Virus record (IMG/VR): IMGVR_UViG_3300021057_000005
Span: 1 to 48,556 of that record
Strand: one strand, 5' to 3'
DNA from: a virus
DNA length: 48,556 nt
Below, in pieces: positions 26,660-32,212 of the stretch (within the stretch, counting starts at the first letter, position 1; each line of letters opens with the position of its first letter). The translations under genes and the position numbers were made by a program. The notes beneath the pieces were generated by a model. It did not search any database and had not been told where the DNA came from. It worked only from the letters and a program-made list of their open reading frames with translations.

Positions 26660-27060
26660 TATTTTCTAACTCCTTTAACTTTTTCATACGTTTTCATACC
26701 GCCAATTCCCAACATACCTAACAACAAAAACATCAGTTGTCCCATATCCAGTTCTGGAAGATTTGTTACTGGATGATTGGCTGCTGCCAATATAAATAAT
26801 AAAAATGGTTGTAAAATATAAGACCAAATTACTGCGGAAGCACAGGCGTATCCTGTCAATTCTCTCCATGTTACCCAACGTCGATTTGGGTTCGCGGCTT
26901 CTGCTTCGTTTACAGCGATCTGTGATCTTGCGAGATCTGTTTGATTCAGTTCTTGCTGTAAGGCCAGAATAAATTGTTGTTTTTCTTGCTGCGTTTTATC
27001 TGGCCACAGCCGATTAACTACATTTCCAACAAGAGATAAAACTAATTGTAGAGGTTCCAT
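26659..27060 (-). CDS. holin-like protein (3-TM, GTA-holin-type; putative)
   Basis: The N-terminal helical region ...QQELNQTDLARSQIAVNEAEAANPNRRWVTWR is followed by hydrophobic segments, a pattern I associate with the 'holin of 3 TMs' family. Confidence 0.45.
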   Translation of the reverse strand: MEPLQLVLSLVGNVVNRLWPDKTQQEKQQFILALQQELNQTDLARSQIAVNEAEAANPNRRWVTWRELTGYACASAVIWSYILQPFLLFILAAANHPVTNLPELDMGQLMFLLLGMLGIGGMKTYEKVKGVRK

Positions 27061-27196
27061 ATGTTATACCGTGCTTATCCTAGTCCTGCGCTATTCTCGT
27101 ATAGCTTACGTAGACTGGATCACCGCCTTAGTCGTCGCTGTAGAGACATATTCACTACAGGCCAAGTCCGTTATGGAATGAGAACCTTGCATCCGT

Positions 27197-27670
27197 TCAA
27201 GATTTTGAATTACTTAATAAGTATTGTTTTGCAGATTCTAATATGATTGGAGAATCTTTTAATAAGCCTATGGCCCTGTTGCAGTTATTGCATAATAACC
27301 CACGAATCTGGCCGGTTGTGTGGTCATGATCTACTGCCAATCTTTTTACTGCTCCGCCATTGCTTTGCGATGTTTCTTCATTCAGACAAATGGCACATTT
27401 ATTTTGTTGTTCTTCTGTTAATTTTAAATAATCTTGGTATGAAATATTAAATTTGGATTTTAAATGATAGTGTTTTGTTTTTTCTTTTAATTTTTCTCTA
27501 TTTTTACTCTGCCATAACTTACTTTTTTCAGTGGCGCATACAGAACAGGAGTAATTCGAAACAAGTCTTGGAGCAATATGGCCTCGGCGACATGGTTTGG
27601 TTGATAGATAGTATAAATCCCCTTGTGCTATAGCGGTTTTTCTATTTGTTTTCACTAACGTTCCCATCAA
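27197..27670 (-). CDS. recombination endonuclease VII-type HNH nuclease
   Basis: CAICLNEE...LAVDHDHTTGQIRGLLCNNCNRAIGLLKD is the Endonuclease_7 signature. Confidence 0.7.
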   Translation of the reverse strand: MMGTLVKTNRKTAIAQGDLYYLSTKPCRRGHIAPRLVSNYSCSVCATEKSKLWQSKNREKLKEKTKHYHLKSKFNISYQDYLKLTEEQQNKCAICLNEETSQSNGGAVKRLAVDHDHTTGQIRGLLCNNCNRAIGLLKDSPIILESAKQYLLSNSKS

Positions 27671-28277
27671 AGGAATGAAAGGGAGAAATAACCATCACCC
27701 ATTGACAATGATCCCCTTTGCTAGCATTCCTTCCTATCTTATGGCCAATCCTTATTCGAACACACTTAAGAACACCAAAAAATTTATAAATTTTAATGTA
27801 ATAATATTCAAAATAAGTTTTGCCGTTGCTTGACAACTCTGTATAAAATAATCCAGGAGCATTTCCTGTGCCATCTCCAATATCCGTAGGGATAGTGGAT
27901 AAATCTGCTTCTTTTGCATACCAAGTTGTGGATTTTTGCGAATATGGGAATTCAATTGTGATACCGAGAATCGCGTAACCTAGGTAATTCAATGGGTTCC
28001 TAAATGCCAACCAGCTGTAATGAACCCACAATGTGTCGCCAAATTTACTTAAATAAACCGAGGTATCTCTGCCTACATATAAATCTGCATTATCAAACCA
28101 GCGAAGTAGAACAGGCAGTTTTACACTCCTGGATGAATCACGACTAACTAACACACGATGAATAGGCAAGTATAGTAATAGCAGGACTGCGCCAATGGCT
28201 TGTAATGGAAAAATAACCACTAACAAGATGGCTAAATGTTTTAGAAATCTAAGTATAAATTTGATTATTTCTAACAT
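27642..28277 (-). CDS. membrane protein (hypothetical), first long CDS of the late arm
   Basis: 211 aa, N-terminal TM pair (LAILLVVIFPLQAIGAVLLLLYL), RBS AGGA. Confidence 0.4.
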   Translation of the reverse strand: MLEIIKFILRFLKHLAILLVVIFPLQAIGAVLLLLYLPIHRVLVSRDSSRSVKLPVLLRWFDNADLYVGRDTSVYLSKFGDTLWVHYSWLAFRNPLNYLGYAILGITIEFPYSQKSTTWYAKEADLSTIPTDIGDGTGNAPGLFYTELSSNGKTYFEYYYIKIYKFFGVLKCVRIRIGHKIGRNASKGDHCQWVMVISPFHSFDGNVSENK

Positions 28278-28875
28278 TTGGATTCCTGCGGAATTGGGAA
28301 TAGCTCCTACAGTTACCCACGTAGGCTGGTCACAACTTCAGGAGAATCCTACAGACCTGTTCGATTCTCTTTCTAGCCTGGGGAAGCGTTGTCTGTTTTA
28401 ACAGTGGGCTTTTCCACTAGCTTCCAATACAGGGCAGGTATGTGACACCATTTTCTTCGGGAGAAGAAATTCTTGCTGTCTCTCCAGCTGTCCTTACTTA
28501 GCTTTTGGTTTAGGGAAACTTCGTATCAGAAACCCTGCTAGTTTTTTATAACGACTCACTAGCACATCGACGTTCTATTTACCCAGCAGGGCTTTCACCT
28601 GCGCCTCTATCGTTAGCCTACGGTGCACGAACATGCACTCTGAATCGCGAAGGACTGCGTAGACACCGCATTACTGCACTATGATAGGCTCTTCAATCAG
28701 ACCGGCTCCTCCAGTAAACTGGTGCCTAATTTCGGACTGGTTACCGATGTTGTCCGTCTTTACGAGCTCTGGGTAAAACTAATTTGGGGCAGGACTTAAT
28801 CAAGATAGACGGAGCGATGCGCGCTATCTCTTGCCTAATACCAGCACCGTTGCGGTTACCCCAAAACCTTTATAA
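28278..28875. ncRNA. candidate structured RNA A (GC-enriched, ORF-free, about 600 nt); strand unresolved
   Basis: No credible ORF. G+C is 30/60, 28/60 and 35/60 in the lines starting at 28281, 28341 and 28581, against 24/60 and 18/60 in coding lines 40801 and 44101. Many helices (see findings). Confidence 0.35.
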
Positions 28876-28953
28876 CTATTCGTCTGAAGAAAGTCTGTGT
28901 AATACAATTACTACAACAACAAATGTTGCAACAGCACAAATTACCGTTATCAT
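28876..28953 (-). CDS. 25-aa hydrophobic peptide (hypothetical)
   Basis: MITVICAVATFVVVVIVLHRLSSDE; ATG 2 nt after the stop of the preceding mini-ORF. Confidence 0.25.
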   Translation of the reverse strand: MITVICAVATFVVVVIVLHRLSSDE

Positions 28954-28955
28954 AA

Positions 28956-29066
28956 CTATTTCAATCCGACTTTTTCTAAAACTTTATCTACAACGGGATC
29001 AACTAATTTACTGACTTGTTTTGCTACCACGACTGCGGCTGCGATTACTAAGACTGTTTCTAACAT
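28956..29066 (-). CDS. 36-aa hydrophobic/amphipathic peptide (hypothetical)
   Basis: MLETVLVIAAAVVVAKQVSKLVDPVVDKVLEKVGLK; RBS GAGGT 4 nt upstream of the ATG. Confidence 0.35.
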   Translation of the reverse strand: MLETVLVIAAAVVVAKQVSKLVDPVVDKVLEKVGLK

Positions 29067-29573
29067 AACTACCTCGTTGGTTTATTAATTTTTACGGAGA
29101 ACAATGCTTTTAATCTCCGCATTTTTATAATGGTGGTATGAGGAAGCGTTTTTCCATCAGAACTACGAGGCTCCGCGACATACACGTAAGTGATACTTAC
29201 CTATGTCTTTTATACGCTACCTTTCTATCTCGTGATTCAACCATAAACTGAAGGACTACTTTTATTACGACTGGTGTAGTCCGACCTGCACGACTGCGTA
29301 ATTCAGGAGCGGGGGAAGGGGATTGAGCCCTTCGCTTAAGATAATGGAGGCTATTTTCCCTGGAGAGCTTTGCATACAGCCCGATGACCTATCTCAGCTT
29401 TCGCTTTGACTCGGATGCTCACAACACATCGTCAAGTATCGTTGCCTTATATCCCAGATTACCAAAGTACCCGCATTAAATAATGTACCGATATCGCACC
29501 TCGGCACAGGAGTCGTTGATACTTGGCTGGAGTTATTTTTGTGCCAAGTTAAAGGGGGTGCAACGAAAACTGT
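29067..29573. ncRNA. candidate structured RNA B (GC-enriched, ORF-free, about 500 nt); strand unresolved
   Basis: G+C is 36/60 in the line starting at 29281. Helices include 29177-29207, 29253-29282 and 29309-29335, plus mutually exclusive pairings at 29500-29549. Confidence 0.35.
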
Positions 29574-29759
29574 TTAATTCTTCTTTCTGCGCTCTTTTTG
29601 ATATTTTACTTCGCATTTCTTGCATCTGGAGAAGACGCCAGTAAATTGGTAGTACCTGATAGCTTTGGTGTAAAACTCAGCGGGGCTCGTTTCAGGACAG
29701 GATCGGCACTTAAGGAAGTCTAATGTATTAACTTCGTCGCCTCTCATGTTGTGCCCCAT
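29574..29759 (-). CDS. 61-aa CxxC...CxxC zinc-ribbon protein (hypothetical regulator)
   Basis: C18-x2-C21 ... C46-x2-C49, basic C-terminus KYQKERRKKN; RBS GGGGAGAA; directly downstream of a consensus promoter. Confidence 0.5.
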   Translation of the reverse strand: MGHNMRGDEVNTLDFLKCRSCPETSPAEFYTKAIRYYQFTGVFSRCKKCEVKYQKERRKKN

Positions 29760-29781
29760 AAAAATTCTCCCCTATATTATA

Positions 29782-29810
29782 ATTATATACCACGTTTACT
29801 GATTTGTCAA
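29782..29810 (-). promoter_or_regulatory. consensus sigma70-type promoter with an AT-rich upstream tract
   Basis: On the minus strand: TTGACA (29810-29805), 17-nt spacer, TATAAT (29787-29782). Upstream lies gaaaaatgaaaatattttatataattaatacattttaaa (UP-like). Confidence 0.6.
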
Positions 29811-29829
29811 GTATTCTACGTTTAAAATG

Positions 29830-30331
29830 TATTAATTATATAAAATATTTTCATTTTTCATATCTACGTACACCAAAGTGGCTATTAGCTCATCCAAAAT
29901 GAGGTTGAATCGGGTCAGCACAGCTCCCAGCATTCTGCGGTCTTCTAATAGCAGGTACATATCTGTGTAAATGGGGTTATCTGAGGACGGCATCTAGAAA
30001 TTCTCCAGCATAGAGAATGGGGACATAAAAGTAATAGGGTCCCATATTCAAAAATACCCCCGGGCACCCCCATCGACTGACTCGTAAATACTTATTTCTA
30101 TTGGGCTTATGATATTTAATCATCTGTTCACACCAATACAATCAATTACTTAGTTATGTACTGTGACAGAATTGTGCCAATTGGATGAAAATTAAACGTT
30201 TGTGGTTAATTAATGTGCTAGTCTGTAGGGTAACTTGGGGTAGTTGGTGATCGTTTAACCACGAGCTTCCAATTGCGTTTAAATGGTATAAAAGTGCTTG
30301 GGTATATCTTTATTGCTATGGAATGGTTCAG
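29830..30331. ncRNA. candidate structured RNA C (GC-enriched, ORF-free, about 500 nt); strand unresolved
   Basis: G+C is 31/60 in the line starting at 29881. 8-bp helix 29881-88/29945-52 enclosing stacked hairpins; 12-bp helix 30198-30209/30255-30266. Confidence 0.3.
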
Positions 30332-30553
30332 CTAACTTTTACCACGCTGTATTTTCAATCGCTTGCGAACACTGTTGAATGCGGCCTTATTGCTAATTCC
30401 GCCCTTAACCAATCCAACCGTAGCGGAAACAATACGATTGTGTATCAGATTCTCACAATTAGTGCAGGGTTCTACGATCGTATGCGTATCCATATCCTCT
30501 AAACTCTCATGAACATGATTACATTCTTCACATTGGTATTCGTATATTGGCAT
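30332..30553 (-). CDS. FmdB-family zinc-ribbon protein
   Basis: MPIYEYQCEECNHVHE...CTNCEN matches the MPxYEYxCxxC...CxxC FmdB/CxxC_CxxC_SSSS pattern. Confidence 0.65.
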   Translation of the reverse strand: MPIYEYQCEECNHVHESLEDMDTHTIVEPCTNCENLIHNRIVSATVGLVKGGISNKAAFNSVRKRLKIQRGKS

Positions 30554-30655
30554 TGTTATGGCCTCATTGAGTCTACTACGGTAGGATTATATTAAAAATC
30601 ATTGCTTTGGGTGTGATAAATACTATTCTAATAGGATTATTGCTTCTATTTGCTG

Positions 30656-30668
30656 TGGTCTATGACCA
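30656..30668. promoter_or_regulatory. palindromic operator candidate TGGTC-TAT-GACCA (copy 1)
   Basis: Perfect 5-3-5 palindrome; an identical copy lies at 30743-30755. Confidence 0.5.
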
Positions 30669-30675
30669 TTCAATT

Positions 30676-30729
30676 ATGACTACAAACATGTATTCATTAT
30701 TTTACAAAATGATTACAAATATGTATTCA
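30676..30729 (+). repeat. two 21-nt direct repeats ATGA(C/T)TACAAA(C/T)ATGTATTCA
   Basis: 30676-30696 and 30709-30729 are identical at 19 of 21 positions and are bracketed by the two palindromes. Confidence 0.5.
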
Positions 30730-30742
30730 GAACTATAATGAA

Positions 30743-30755
30743 TGGTCTATGACCA
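30743..30755. promoter_or_regulatory. palindromic operator candidate TGGTC-TAT-GACCA (copy 2; extends to ATGGTCTATGACCAT 30742-30756)
   Basis: Perfect palindrome immediately downstream of a TATAAT (30734-30739). Confidence 0.5.
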
Positions 30756-31158
30756 TATGAATAACTATATAATTAATATAATATTTATTTAATAAAGTTA
30801 AACTAGAGCTTATTGGGTGATATATATTATCTATTCTATATATCCAACAATACGATCCAGTACAATTGCATGTGTCCTAGCTACGCTTTATTCCTGTTAC
30901 AGTCTTGAAGTCCATGACTAGTTGCGTAAAACATACTTGAAGGGATATTAATCGATTATCAGGTCAGGTGGCATGGTACCTGGTATTTGTTTATACCTGT
31001 CACTTTATGACAGTATCACCCCATGCTTTATTACCTATTTATCTTATCCTTGCTATCCTCTAGTGTCACATTCCTTAAGAATGCCGGTATCGTAGTAGTG
31101 TTCCTACGTCCAAATAGGATTAATATCCAAGATACAAAAACTGTATCCCTATATATTA

Positions 31159-31195
31159 TATATATCACATATTTAAAATATTTCCACTTTTCTAC
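31159..31195 (-). promoter_or_regulatory. 37-nt conserved promoter-like element, copy Y (minus orientation)
   Basis: The minus strand reads GTAGAAAAGTGGAAATATTTTAAATATGTGATATATA. The first 24 nt are identical to 33962-33985 and 33 of 37 nt match overall. Confidence 0.45.
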
Positions 31196-31427
31196 TTTTA
31201 AATATCTAATATCTTATTGATTAACATAAAAATAAATATTTTCACTAGTATTGCACTTTTTTACACACCCACTACCTATACAATACCTATAACACATAAA
31301 TTGCACTATGAGGCTGTATTGCGGTTTAAATGGCATCTATTTAGCCTAGCTTAACTAGAATATTCCATATCTGCTTAAACTGTAGCATTATATTTCATTA
31401 TGTATATCCACTTGCATATACACTGTC

Positions 31428-31455
31428 TTGACAAATATCTATCCTTGTGTATAAT
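31428..31455 (+). promoter_or_regulatory. consensus sigma70-type early promoter (TTGACA-N16-TATAAT)
   Basis: TTGACA 31428-31433, TATAAT 31450-31455 followed by TAA; 30 nt upstream of the first early ORF. Confidence 0.6.
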
Positions 31456-31485
31456 TAAATCAAGAACAATAACAGAGAGGAGAAT

Positions 31486-31590
31486 ATGAACGATATCGAT
31501 ATACATACCGTGTTACTAGGACTAACAGATGATGAGTTAATAAATTTAATAAACCAATGTGTTGATTTGATATGTGACCGATTACTTTAA
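31486..31590 (+). CDS. 34-aa hypothetical protein (first early ORF)
   Basis: RBS GAGAGGAGAAT then ATG; MNDIDIHTVLLGLTDDELINLINQCVDLICDRLL. Confidence 0.4.
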   Translation: MNDIDIHTVLLGLTDDELINLINQCVDLICDRLL

Positions 31591-31605
31591 CGAGGAGTAA
31601 ATGTC

Positions 31606-31854
31606 ATGGGTAATACAAGAGATATTATAGATCGAATAAGTGTACAGCAAGAACTACTTCAGAAAGATGTCATAGAACTTGGGAAGCAATATATCCAAGG
31701 AATGCCTGAAGATGTTTTTAATGAAAAATCCAAAAAATTAAGCGAACGATTCCACATGATTCGGGAAGTTGTAACTGATTTGAAAAGAATAGCGGAAAGA
31801 AATACATCTACGTCTCATGATGAAGAACCAACAACGCCAAGAGTGAGGAGATAA
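31606..31854 (+). CDS. hypothetical protein
   Basis: Track ORF with RBS GAGGAG. Confidence 0.55.
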   Translation: MGNTRDIIDRISVQQELLQKDVIELGKQYIQGMPEDVFNEKSKKLSERFHMIREVVTDLKRIAERNTSTSHDEEPTTPRVRR

Positions 31855-31859
31855 CTACT

Positions 31860-32210
31860 ATGATAAAACAAATTAAACAGTTCTTTAAAGGGTTATACAA
31901 AATGATTGCTAGTTGTTTTGTTACTAAAGAGGAGAGAGAAATAAAAGCAATAGCAAATATAAGTAAAGCGAACAACATGTATATGATGATGCATGAGGCA
32001 GATAGAAAAGAAAAAGAGGCAAGAGAGAACATTGAGCAAAATTCATGCAGTTTTGTGAAAGAGCTTACGCGCAAGGAGAGCAGTAATGAATTCCGTCGTG
32101 GTCATAACTGCAAGATGTATTCGCATTCGGCTAATCGCGGTAAATTCGGTTGGGACGAAATTGAAAATATTGCATCAGGTGAAATATTTAGACCAAAACG
32201 AGGAGGCTAA
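31860..32210 (+). CDS. hypothetical protein (N-terminus paralogous to 32213..32731)
   Basis: RBS GAGGAG; MIKQIKQFFKGLYKMIASCF... compared with MIEAIKQFGSWLWDGVKRFLNFFCCC... Confidence 0.55.
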   Translation: MIKQIKQFFKGLYKMIASCFVTKEEREIKAIANISKANNMYMMMHEADRKEKEARENIEQNSCSFVKELTRKESSNEFRRGHNCKMYSHSANRGKFGWDEIENIASGEIFRPKRGG

Positions 32211-32212
32211 TA

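Noticed and set aside
27061-27246. 61-aa plus-strand ORF in the HNH-holin spacer
   Set aside because: It lies on the opposite strand to the whole late operon, has no RBS, is Arg/Ser-rich like a random translation, and overlaps the HNH gene's 3' end.
28340-28371. T-loop-like GTTCGATTC, suggesting a tRNA gene or tRNA array as the explanation for the GC-rich block
   Set aside because: The flanking 5-mers (ACCTG / CTCTT) cannot form a T-stem. I found no D-arm or acceptor pairing, and no other GTTCRA-type T-loops in 28278-30331. The only convincing tRNA-like sequence in the window is the attP fragment at 3599-3643.
28784-29014. 76-aa plus-strand track ORF inside the GC-rich block
   Set aside because: No RBS. 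The sequence is low-complexity and implausible (…TITTTTNVATAQITVIITISIRLF…). It is antisense to two mini-ORFs that do have an RBS. Most likely a chance ORF in non-coding sequence.
29972-29995. GGGGTTATCTGAGGACGGCAT resembles the 5' end of tmRNA (GGGGCUGAUUCUGGAUUCGACGGGAU)
   Set aside because: There is no complementary TAACCCC-ACCA 3' acceptor, no T-arm and no tag reading frame downstream on that strand.
31023-31220. 65-aa ORF in the AT-rich control region, with similar ORFs at 31808-32074(-), 34314-34496(-), 35377-35601(-), 35638-35829(-) and 37440-37667(-)
   Set aside because: These are AT-rich chance ORFs with Ile/Leu/Phe/Tyr-dominated translations, no RBS, and an orientation antisense to well-supported genes or overlapping regulatory repeats.
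28278-31485. CRISPR array, hammerhead (CUGAUGA...GAAA), RNase P (GAAAGUCC) or group II domain V motifs in the ORF-poor region
   Set aside because: No regularly spaced direct repeats, and none of these core motifs could be found by eye on either strand.
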